DNA of 64,000 nucleotides from Oscillospiraceae bacterium (GTDB taxonomy: Bacteria; Bacillota; Clostridia; Oscillospirales; Oscillospiraceae). The stretch lies in the NCBI GenBank assembly GCA_015067635.1, contig SVMA01000001.1, forward strand, positions 26,913-90,912, read 5' to 3'. Numbering within the stretch: the first letter of the stretch is position 1; the number at the start of each line of letters is the position of its first letter. The translations under genes and the position numbers were made by a program. The notes under the pieces were generated by a model. That model did no database searches. It was not told where the DNA came from and saw only the letters and a list, made by a program, of their open reading frames with translations. Positions 1 through 8,711 of the stretch are shown one piece after another.

Positions 1-92
1 TTCATATTCTCCTCTTTTTCATTTTTCATCTCCTCTTTTATTTGTAGCAAACTCCGCAGGTCGCCTGCGGAGTTTGCGCATTTTCGGAGCTT

Positions 93-935
93 TCAGAAAC
101 GCTGTATGATGGCATCTGCTCCGTGTTTCACAGCCGTTTCCCCGATCAGTCGGGTCAGTAAAGGATATTCCGTATCCGCGCCGTGGGGTACTGCCCAGGC
201 TCCGGCATCCGAACCGGGGGCGATATTGCCGCCCATTGCCGCAAAGCGGCTTACCATTTCCGACGCGTCCTCCCAAATCGCGGCAACCGCTGTTTCCGAA
301 AACCGTCCGGTGCCACGCAAATTGGCTATGGTGGACAGTGTCGGCACCCAAACCGTACCGCTTTCTGCCATTGCCGTCAGGGCATCCGCATCGGCATAAG
401 CACCATGCTCGATGGAGTCCACCCCGGCAGCTGCCGCGGCCTCCATAGTCCTTGCTCCATTGCAGTGGGCCATAACCGGGAATCCCTCTTCATGGGCAAT
501 ATGAATCAGCTCCCGAATCTCCCCTTCCGGCAATCCTTCTTCTGTCAACACGCCATACTGATTGAAATCCATCAATCCGGAAATCATAATTTTTATAAAA
601 TCGCCGCCGGATTGGCGGTTTTTTGCTATCAGCGCGGCATATTCCCGGAAATTCTCATAGGTTTCCCCGATAAAACTGCCGTAGTGCCCTTTCTTGCACA
701 GCGGTGCCAGAGGTGTCCGATAAGTAATTCCGTATTCCGGTGCTAACCGACGGGCCGCCGCACCTACACCCCATCGGTCTCCTCCGTCTCTCAGGTAGAC
801 ATAACATTCCTTCTGATAGCCGGACAGCGCCCGCCTCAGAAAGGAAATATCCGGGCAAAGCCGATGGCGGTCAATGGCGGCTTTCCAATCCACACCGTCC
901 AAAAGCGTATGAATGTGACAATCCGCTTTTTGCAT
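93..935 (-). CDS. Metal-dependent amidohydrolase family protein
   Basis: 280 aa; DCHIH (HxH), FIKIM Lys, MAHCNG, SIEHG and GSDAG motifs of amidohydrolase TIM barrels. Confidence 0.8.
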   Translation of the reverse strand: MQKADCHIHTLLDGVDWKAAIDRHRLCPDISFLRRALSGYQKECYVYLRDGGDRWGVGAAARRLAPEYGITYRTPLAPLCKKGHYGSFIGETYENFREYAALIAKNRQSGGDFIKIMISGLMDFNQYGVLTEEGLPEGEIRELIHIAHEEGFPVMAHCNGARTMEAAAAAGVDSIEHGAYADADALTAMAESGTVWVPTLSTIANLRGTGRFSETAVAAIWEDASEMVSRFAAMGGNIAPGSDAGAWAVPHGADTEYPLLTRLIGETAVKHGADAIIQRF

Positions 936-959
936 TTTGCTCCTCTCTTTCTGCTTTGC

Positions 960-1187
960 TTATATCGGTGTAAAAACGAACTTTTGTGTCAAACCGTCAC
1001 AGGAGGCATAGACCGTCACCGTTCCGTCCGCTTTTTTATCGGTTGTGACGGTCACGTTTTTCCCTTTCAGCTTTTGCCGGACATACTTCTCTGGATCAAT
1101 GGTTTCCACCTCTTGAAAAAACACATCCCGCATTTGATTGTTGGGACAAAGATTTTGAATTTCGTGTACCAATTCGTATTTCTGCAT
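960..1187 (-). CDS. Small hypothetical protein (75 aa)
   Basis: ATG with GGAGGG Shine-Dalgarno; co-oriented 24 bp upstream of the amidohydrolase. Confidence 0.75.
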   Translation of the reverse strand: MQKYELVHEIQNLCPNNQMRDVFFQEVETIDPEKYVRQKLKGKNVTVTTDKKADGTVTVYASCDGLTQKFVFTPI

Positions 1188-1299
1188 AATATCCCTCCGG
1201 ATTTCATCATAATCTCTATATTTGAACAGTATTTAAACACCGTTTACTTTTTTTTGCTTTCATGATACAATAACAGAAATTATTTTGGGAGTTGAGTCC

Positions 1300-2454
1300 A
1301 TGGATTTCGACAATACTTATGTAAAGATCGATTTGGATACCATTGATCAAAATTTTGAAGCTGTGCAGAAAAAAGCCGGTGTGCCGGTGCTGGTGGCCAT
1401 CAAGGCAGATGCCTACGGTCACGGTGCAGTTCCGGTAGCCCGTCTGCTGCAGGGAAAATGTGCCTTTTTCGGTGTTGCCTCCATGCAGGAAGCCATGGAG
1501 CTTCGGCATGCAGGTCTTACGGAACCAATTCTGATTTTGGGAAAGACTTCTGCTGCAGCTTTTCCTACCGCCATTGAGGAAGGAATCCGTCCTGCTATTT
1601 TCTGCCGTGAGGATGCTGTCGCCCTTTCCCAAGCCGCTGTGTCCGTCGGCAAAAACGCACCCTTCCACTTTGCCGTGGATACGGGCATGGGCCGCATCGG
1701 CTTTCAGCCTACTGCTGAGGCAGCAGATATTTGTGCAGAAATTGTCAAGCTTCCCAACCTGATCCCGGAAGGGCTGTTCAGTCACTTGTCCACCGCGGAC
1801 AGTCAGGATTTGACCCACGCCCATGCCCAGACGGCTCTGTTTGATGCCTTTGACGCAATGCTCAAGGACAGGGGTGTTTCCATTCCCATCCGCCATTTGA
1901 ACAATTCTGCCGGCTTAATGAATTTCTCCTCCCATTACGAAATGGTGCGTTCCGGTATCGTCACCTATGGGATGTATCCCAGCAGCGAGGTAGATCCTGC
2001 CTTGCTGCCCATCACGCCGGCATTGCAATGGTTCAGCCGCATTGTCCATCTGAAAACGCTTCCGGCGGGCTGTCCCATCAGCTATGGTGCCACCTATATT
2101 ACCACTGCCGATACCCGCATCGCCACCATCCCAGTTGGCTATGCAGACGGCTATCGCCGCAACCTGAGCGGGAAATTTTACGTGCTGATCCGCGGAAAAA
2201 GAGCCCCAATTCTGGGTCGGATCTGCATGGATCAAATGATGGTGGACGTGACGCACATTCCGGACGTCCGGCTGGACGATACCGTTACCCTGATCGGCAC
2301 CGACGGGGACGAAACCATCACTATGGAGGCTATTTCCGCCGCTGCAGACAGCTTTAATTATGAATTTCCCTGCGGTATCAGCCGCCGCGTTCCCCGCTAC
2401 TATTATCAAAACGGCACGCTGTGCAGTGCTGTTCACTATCTTTTGGATACGTAA
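1300..2454 (+). CDS. alr: Alanine racemase
   Basis: AIKADAYGHG PLP-lysine motif, DTGMGRIG, ISYG, GYADG, GRICMDQ; start moved to ATG 1300 behind GGGAG. Confidence 0.97.
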   Translation: MDFDNTYVKIDLDTIDQNFEAVQKKAGVPVLVAIKADAYGHGAVPVARLLQGKCAFFGVASMQEAMELRHAGLTEPILILGKTSAAAFPTAIEEGIRPAIFCREDAVALSQAAVSVGKNAPFHFAVDTGMGRIGFQPTAEAADICAEIVKLPNLIPEGLFSHLSTADSQDLTHAHAQTALFDAFDAMLKDRGVSIPIRHLNNSAGLMNFSSHYEMVRSGIVTYGMYPSSEVDPALLPITPALQWFSRIVHLKTLPAGCPISYGATYITTADTRIATIPVGYADGYRRNLSGKFYVLIRGKRAPILGRICMDQMMVDVTHIPDVRLDDTVTLIGTDGDETITMEAISAAADSFNYEFPCGISRRVPRYYYQNGTLCSAVHYLLDT

Positions 2455-2466
2455 AGGAGAAAGACC

Positions 2467-3822
2467 ATGTTCCGTTCCATACGCATGACAGTTGGTGTAC
2501 TTGCCATTCTTTTGGGCCTTCTGTTGCTGATTCTGTCGATTGTTTTTTCTATAATCACTCCGGCAGCTCCAGCAGTTCCCTCTTCCCCGAGCACCGTTCC
2601 AACCACTGTTCCCCAGCCCACAGAAAGCACTGCGCCCACCACGCCGCCTGTGATCAAGGAAGCCACCGCTTCCGTCGGTGCCACCGGCGATATTCTGCTG
2701 CATGCCAATGTCATCAAAAGCGGTTATGACGCAGATACTGACACCTATGATTTTAATTATATTTTTCAGTATCTTTCGGAGTATGTGGGGGCCCTTGACT
2801 ATGCAGTGGGTAATATGGAGGGCACTTTGGCAGGCAATACCGACGGCTATGAATACGACGGTTATCCCCAGTTCAACGCGCCGGACGCCATTGTGCAGGC
2901 TCTGAAAAATGCCGGCTTTGACATGCTGCTGACTGCCAATAATCACGCCTACGATACCGGCTCTCACGGCTTTCACCGCACCCAGCAGGTGATTCATAGT
3001 ATGGGCATAGAGCATATCGGTACCCGCCCGGATTCCAATACCAAAAATTACATTCTGAAAAACGTAAACGGCATCAACATTGCCATGAGCTGTTATACCT
3101 ACGACACCCGGGAATCCACCGACGGGATATCCCTCAACGGCATCCCAGTATCTGAAAAGGACTCCCTTTTGGTTAACACCTTCCATCCTGAGTATTTAGA
3201 GGAATTCTACGGAAAACTGGAACAGGAAATTGCCGCAATGAAAGCAGAAGGTGCCGACACGGTAATGCTATTCATCCATTGGGGTGAGGAATATGTGACC
3301 ACCCCCAATCAGACCCAAAAGAAAATCGCCCAAAAACTGTGCGACCTGGGCGTAGATGTGATTGTTGGCGGACACCCCCATGTCATTCAGCCCATGGAGC
3401 TTCTTACAAGCACCACCGATTCGACAAAAACCACCATTTGTCTGTACTCCCTGGGGAATTCTGTTTCCAACATCCGCAAATCCAGCTCCAAGCCCTACGA
3501 GTGTGAGGACGGCATGATGTTCACCCTGACCTTTGCCAAATATTCTGATGGCAGTGTATTGGTGGAAAAGGTGGAGATTGTTCCATATTATGTAAACCGG
3601 TATTCCTATACGGATGCCATCCCCTACCGATACCCGCTGGTGCCGCTGAACCTGCCTCAGGACCGGTGGCAGGAGGAATATGACCTGACGGATGAAATGT
3701 TTGCCGCCTGTCAGTCTTCCCTGAAACGAACGGAGGATATCATCGGTGAAGGTCTGGCAAGTGCCAACGAAACCCTTGCCCAACAGCAAAAAGCCCTGGA
3801 AGCCAAACTGGGAATTGCATAA
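2467..3822 (+). CDS. CapA/PgsA-family metallophosphoesterase-fold membrane-anchored protein
   Basis: N-terminal TM, Pro/Thr linker, GDILLH, GNMEG, ANNHAYD, IHWGEEY, GGHPHV, YSLGN. Confidence 0.9.
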   Translation: MFRSIRMTVGVLAILLGLLLLILSIVFSIITPAAPAVPSSPSTVPTTVPQPTESTAPTTPPVIKEATASVGATGDILLHANVIKSGYDADTDTYDFNYIFQYLSEYVGALDYAVGNMEGTLAGNTDGYEYDGYPQFNAPDAIVQALKNAGFDMLLTANNHAYDTGSHGFHRTQQVIHSMGIEHIGTRPDSNTKNYILKNVNGINIAMSCYTYDTRESTDGISLNGIPVSEKDSLLVNTFHPEYLEEFYGKLEQEIAAMKAEGADTVMLFIHWGEEYVTTPNQTQKKIAQKLCDLGVDVIVGGHPHVIQPMELLTSTTDSTKTTICLYSLGNSVSNIRKSSSKPYECEDGMMFTLTFAKYSDGSVLVEKVEIVPYYVNRYSYTDAIPYRYPLVPLNLPQDRWQEEYDLTDEMFAACQSSLKRTEDIIGEGLASANETLAQQQKALEAKLGIA

Positions 3823-3835
3823 GTGCTAAGAAAGG

Positions 3836-3870
3836 AAACAGAGCCTGTTGCATCGCGACAGGCTCTGTTT
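3836..3870. terminator. Bidirectional intrinsic terminator
   Basis: AAACAGAGCCTGT...ACAGGCTCTGTTT hairpin between convergent capA-like gene and galT. Confidence 0.8.
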
Positions 3871-3877
3871 TGAATTA

Positions 3878-5371
3878 TTACCCATTGACAGCATCAATGA
3901 ACCGAAGGAATGCCTCGCGGCCGTTTTCATCGTGTTTATACACGCCCGCATCCTCCAAAACCGCAGCAAATACCCTGCCGGTCTCCTGAAGGAGGATATC
4001 CAAAGCATTCTCCTTTGTAAAGGCGTTGGTTTTCTTCATTTCCGCTACCCAATCCGCGTGCTTTTCCAGCGCCGCATCCTCTCTGACATCCCGACCCTTG
4101 ACGATCGCATCTGCCAAAGCGGTCAATTCTCCCTTCAGCCGGCTGGGAAGCACCGCCAGACCCATTACCTCAATCAATCCGATATTCTCTTTTTTAATGT
4201 GGTGCTTATCCCCATGGGGATGAAACACGCCAAGGGGATGCTCCTGACTGGTAATATTGCACCGCAGCACCAGATCCAGCTCATAATTTTCTCCCCGTCG
4301 GCGGGCAATGGGTGTAATGGTATTGTGGGGCTCTCCGTCCGAAAATGCACACACACCCACAGCTTCATCGGAATACTGACGCCATTTGTCCAGTATTTTT
4401 TCTGCCAGCGCTGCAAGCTCAGCAGGCTTTTTTCCGCCCAGCCGAATGACGCTCATGGGCCACTTGACGATACCGGCAGAAATTCCCTCATAGCCCTTGA
4501 ATTCCACCTTCTGCTCCACAGGCGCAGTTTCCATGGCGAAGGTATAATGTCCGCCCTGAAAATGCTCATGGCTCAAAATTGAGCCGCCTACAATGGGCAG
4601 ATCTGCATTGGAGCCCACAAAGTAATGGGGAAATGCCCCCACAAAGTCCAGCAGTTTCTCAAAAGCCGAACGGTCGATCTTCATGGGAATATGCTGTTTG
4701 TTGAATACGATGCAATGCTCGTTGTAGTACACATAGGGACTGTATTGCAGACACCATTCCTGCCCCGCCACCGTGATGGGAAGGATCCGGTGATTTTGCC
4801 GGGCGGGATGATTCAGCCGTCCGGCATAACCCTCGTTTTCAGCGCAGAGCTGACACCTGGGATAACTGCTTTGGGGTGCATTTTTTGCCGCCGCAATGGC
4901 CCGGGGATCCTTCTCCGGCTTGGACAGATTGATGGTGATATCCATCTGCCCATATTCGCTGTCATATTTCCAGCGCATGTCCTTCGCTATGCGATACCGG
5001 CGGATATAGTCGGTATCACAGCTGAATTTATAGTACCAATCCGTTGCCGCCACCGGATTTTCGGCATATTTTTCCTGAAAGGTTCGGATAACCTCCCGGG
5101 GCATAGGCGTCAACGCACCCATGATTTTGGTGTCAAACAAATCCCGCGCTGTGATGTTATTTTCACAAATACCCTTTTCACAGGCATAATCCAGCAGTGC
5201 TGTCAGAATCTCTTCCAAATCCTCTGTTTGGGGCTCGTCGGAGGGCACATAGTCATCCTTTTGCAGCAGCTCCAGCAAACGATTGATCAGCACCTGATGG
5301 TCATAGGGCTCTGCCAGACCGGTGTTCATGGCATAGGACACCAGCGAATCCAGATACGTTTCTATTCTCAC
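3878..5371 (-). CDS. galT: Galactose-1-phosphate uridylyltransferase (Firmicute type II)
   Basis: ITINLSKPEKDP, CQLC, YSPYVYYNEH, GGSILSHEHFQGG, HIKKENIGLIEVMG. Confidence 0.96.
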   Translation of the reverse strand: MRIETYLDSLVSYAMNTGLAEPYDHQVLINRLLELLQKDDYVPSDEPQTEDLEEILTALLDYACEKGICENNITARDLFDTKIMGALTPMPREVIRTFQEKYAENPVAATDWYYKFSCDTDYIRRYRIAKDMRWKYDSEYGQMDITINLSKPEKDPRAIAAAKNAPQSSYPRCQLCAENEGYAGRLNHPARQNHRILPITVAGQEWCLQYSPYVYYNEHCIVFNKQHIPMKIDRSAFEKLLDFVGAFPHYFVGSNADLPIVGGSILSHEHFQGGHYTFAMETAPVEQKVEFKGYEGISAGIVKWPMSVIRLGGKKPAELAALAEKILDKWRQYSDEAVGVCAFSDGEPHNTITPIARRRGENYELDLVLRCNITSQEHPLGVFHPHGDKHHIKKENIGLIEVMGLAVLPSRLKGELTALADAIVKGRDVREDAALEKHADWVAEMKKTNAFTKENALDILLQETGRVFAAVLEDAGVYKHDENGREAFLRFIDAVNG

Positions 5372-6585
5372 AGCGCCATCTCCATTTCCACACCGCCCTG
5401 AGGACGGATCGTCAAAACATGGCAGGCACCCTCTCCCAGTGAACCGTCAATGCCTTTTTTGAACTGCTCCAGCATCGGAAGCGGCACAAACGCCTGAACG
5501 GTTCCGGCAAAGCCGCCACCGTGGACACGGTAAGCACCCTTTCCCTGCAGGTAATACTCACACAGGCCCAAGGCAACCGCCATGTCCTGATGCTGAATAT
5601 AACCGGCAGGAATGACGTTTTGCAAGTACATATAGGAAGAATATCCACTTTCCTTAATCAACTGCAGGAAGGTCTCAAAATCACCCTTTTGCAAAGCCGC
5701 AACCTGCTGTGTGACCCGCTTGTTTTCTGCATATTCGTGGATGCCACGCATTACGGCACGGTCTCCGCATTTGGCCCGCAGAGCAGGAATGGCGGCATAG
5801 AAGTTTTCTTCCGGTACTTCTGTCAACACTTCTTTTCCGAAATATTCGCACAGTGCCTTAAATTCCAGAGTCACCGCCGCATATTCGTCCGTCAGGTCCG
5901 CATGGTCAGCACCGCTGTCGATAATGCACAGGGCGTGCCCGCATGCGGCAAAATCAAAATCCACAGGTCGGATGTCCGGCTTGCCTTTTTCCGCAAAATC
6001 TATGGTCACCATGCCGCCCACCGCAGAAGCTGTCTGATCCATCAATCCGCAAGGCTTGCCAAAAAATACATTTTCCGCGAACTGAGAAATCTGTGCAATT
6101 TCCGGCTGACTGAGCTTTCCGTCAAAAAACAGATGATTGATAATCGTTCCCATCAGCACCTCAAAGGCTGCGGAAGAGCTCAAGCCGGAACCGGGCAATA
6201 CCGTGGATTCCACATAGGCGTCAAAGCCCTGCACCGGACAGCCCAGTTCCACAAACCGAGCTGCCACGCCACGAATCAGCGCCGGTGTGCTGTTGATCTC
6301 TCCGGCAACGGGGGTTAATACATCCAACTCCACCTGACTCATGGGGTAGCCCTGGGAGAGAACACGAACGGTGTTGGTTCCGTTACATTTTACAGCGGCA
6401 CGGGTGTCCAAATTGATCGCACCCGCCAAAACACGCCCCCGCTGATGGTCTGTATGGTTGCCACCGATCTCCGTCCGTCCCGGGGCGGAAAAATAACGGG
6501 TGGGCATACTGCCGAAGGCGGTCAAAAAGCCTGTATCCAGCTGCTTCTTCTCCTCTGCAGAGATTGGTAATTTCAAATTTTTCAT
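5368..6585 (-). CDS. galK: Galactokinase
   Basis: APGRTEIGGNHTDH, GSGLSSSAA (GHMP), GLMDQ, HGGGFAG; overlaps galT start; start set at MKNLK. Confidence 0.95.
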   Translation of the reverse strand: MKNLKLPISAEEKKQLDTGFLTAFGSMPTRYFSAPGRTEIGGNHTDHQRGRVLAGAINLDTRAAVKCNGTNTVRVLSQGYPMSQVELDVLTPVAGEINSTPALIRGVAARFVELGCPVQGFDAYVESTVLPGSGLSSSAAFEVLMGTIINHLFFDGKLSQPEIAQISQFAENVFFGKPCGLMDQTASAVGGMVTIDFAEKGKPDIRPVDFDFAACGHALCIIDSGADHADLTDEYAAVTLEFKALCEYFGKEVLTEVPEENFYAAIPALRAKCGDRAVMRGIHEYAENKRVTQQVAALQKGDFETFLQLIKESGYSSYMYLQNVIPAGYIQHQDMAVALGLCEYYLQGKGAYRVHGGGFAGTVQAFVPLPMLEQFKKGIDGSLGEGACHVLTIRPQGGVEMEMAL

Positions 6586-6652
6586 CGCAAGTCCCCCTGT
6601 TGTCACATTCTTCTCTTATTATACATATTTCTCCCGAAAAGGGAAGGAAAAT

Positions 6653-7444
6653 TTATCGTTGCCGGCAGGCATATTCGTAAGCCATTTTATAGTTCTCCAT
6701 AGCGCGGTAGCATTGCTCCAGTCTGGAATAGCAGATGTCCGGATATTCCTGCTCTGCTCCGTGAAAAAACCGAGCCGCACAACGGTAATCCTGCATTGCA
6801 TAGGCCGCTTCCGCCCGCAAAAGCTGCCAGTGGGGAAGCGTCTGATCCTCACACACCTCCAGCAGGGCGATGCACCGTTGGATATCCCGGGCTTTCCATG
6901 CCTGCTCTGCCCGAATCAACAGCGGCAAATCGTCAGGCGGGAGCACCACGGGCTCGGAGGACACTTGTGCCCACAGCAGCAGTCTCCGCTGTTCCAATTC
7001 CGGCAACAGATAGCAGCTTTTTTGCCCTTTGCACTGCTCCAGCAGTTCCCGGGCAAAGGCAGTTCTGCGATCCCGAATGGCCTGCTCTGCCTGCGTTAGC
7101 AGGGACAAAGTCTGCAGCAAACCGTACTCCTGGTCAAAGGCTTCATCCGGGCCTTGATACCCGGACAAGGAAGCCTTCAAAGCTTCATAATCTCCTTGGG
7201 CATAGGCCGCCCGTGACCGCGCCATCACTTCCAAATTGGGGGAAGTGACCGCCTGCTCCTCCAAAAAATAACTGACGGTTTTCCCCAGTTGCCCCGCCAA
7301 ATAGGAAAGGGTGTCCATGGATGGACGGGCAGAACCGTTTTCGATTTGAGAAAGCATATTGCGGGTGATCACATCACCGCACAGCTGCCGCTGGGACAGT
7401 CCGGCTTCCAGCCGTGCCTGTCTCAATTTCTCTCCAAGTTGCAT
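6653..7444 (-). CDS. XRE-type HTH regulator with TPR-like C-terminus (RRNPP-like)
   Basis: GEKLRQAR...LSQRQL...LSQIENGSARPS HTH followed by helical TPR-like repeats. Confidence 0.85.
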   Translation of the reverse strand: MQLGEKLRQARLEAGLSQRQLCGDVITRNMLSQIENGSARPSMDTLSYLAGQLGKTVSYFLEEQAVTSPNLEVMARSRAAYAQGDYEALKASLSGYQGPDEAFDQEYGLLQTLSLLTQAEQAIRDRRTAFARELLEQCKGQKSCYLLPELEQRRLLLWAQVSSEPVVLPPDDLPLLIRAEQAWKARDIQRCIALLEVCEDQTLPHWQLLRAEAAYAMQDYRCAARFFHGAEQEYPDICYSRLEQCYRAMENYKMAYEYACRQR

Positions 7445-7583
7445 AAGCTCCCTCCGAGGGAATTATTATTTACCCCTATCATAGCACACTTTTTTCTCTT
7501 TTTCCAGCAGAAAGAAAATTTCATTTGCTATTTTCCAGTTTTTGGTTTACCATATAGGCAATACCAACGATAGGAGGCACAGC

Positions 7584-8576
7584 ATGCTTCTTGATTATCA
7601 AACGCTTCGGGGGGATGCCGACCGCAGTCTTGCCCGTTGCAGCACCCCCTGGCGTGTGGTTGTTTTTCACACCGCAGTGACCCTTTTGGTCTCTTTGCTG
7701 CTGGTGGTGGCAGACTATTTTCTGGATCGGCAAATCAGCAACACCGGTGGTCTCAGCGGCATCAGCACCCGTTCTATGCTGATGACCGTCCAGGCAATTC
7801 TGCGGCTTACCCAGCTGTTTTTCCTCCCCTTTTGGCAAATTGGATATGTTTACTACGCTGTACAGGTTGCACGGGGCAATGCATCCGGTTTTTCCGATCT
7901 GAGAGAAGGCTTTCGCCGTTTCGGTCCGGTTCTGCGGCTGAATCTTTTGCTGTCTGCATTGGCTGTGATCCTCATGTTCCTCTGTGCCCAGCTCAGCAGC
8001 ATCCTGTTCGTATTCGTAACGCCCTTTGCCGCTTCGCTGATAGAATCCGAGGAGCTTTTGGCAGGCGGCGCCATGGATGAGGCCGCTATGGAAGCAGCCC
8101 TTGCCGCTTTCACTGAGAAAGCCGCACTCCCCCTTGCCATCCTGTTCGTCCTTTGCCTTTTGCCCGGAATCTTCTTCCTGTTTTGCCGGTATCGCTTGGC
8201 AGAACTGTGGCTCATGGACCATCTCGAAGGCGGTGCCTTTGCCGCAATGCGGGGCAGCAGAATGGCTATGCGGGGAAATTGGAAAACCATGCTGAAAATC
8301 GATCTGCGCTTTTGGTGGTTCTATTTGCTGGCGTTTCTGATTTCCATCCTTGGCAACGGGGATTTCATTCTGGAAAGCATCGGCATTGAAATGACCCCGG
8401 ATGCCTTTACGGTATATCTTCTTTTCTTTGCTTTGTATCTGTTTTTGCTTCTGGTTTTGTACGGCTGGCGGCGAAACGAGGTGGCCGTTACCTACGCCCA
8501 CGCCTATTTGAACCTGCTTCCCACGGAAGCTCCGGAAGAAAATTGTGAGCAAGCTGACAGCAGGTCCGTCGTTTGA
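7584..8576 (+). CDS. Multi-pass membrane protein, DUF975-like
   Basis: Several TM segments, Y-R-LA...L-D and AMRGSRMAMRGNWK pattern; AGGAGG SD before ATG 7584. Confidence 0.7.
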   Translation: MLLDYQTLRGDADRSLARCSTPWRVVVFHTAVTLLVSLLLVVADYFLDRQISNTGGLSGISTRSMLMTVQAILRLTQLFFLPFWQIGYVYYAVQVARGNASGFSDLREGFRRFGPVLRLNLLLSALAVILMFLCAQLSSILFVFVTPFAASLIESEELLAGGAMDEAAMEAALAAFTEKAALPLAILFVLCLLPGIFFLFCRYRLAELWLMDHLEGGAFAAMRGSRMAMRGNWKTMLKIDLRFWWFYLLAFLISILGNGDFILESIGIEMTPDAFTVYLLFFALYLFLLLVLYGWRRNEVAVTYAHAYLNLLPTEAPEENCEQADSRSVV

Positions 8577-8711
8577 CGGACCTGTTCCTTCCCAATATGC
8601 TCCCAGACCGTCCTTCATTAAGAAAATCAAAAATTTTACTAAATGTTCATGGAATTGGGATATAATGGAGTTATGATAGTACAAAATCCAGGAAACCGAA
8701 AGGGGTAGACC

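Noticed and set aside
1-14. ATG with AGGAGAG SD on the minus strand at positions 3-5
   Set aside because: Probably the start of a gene outside the window; too little sequence to call
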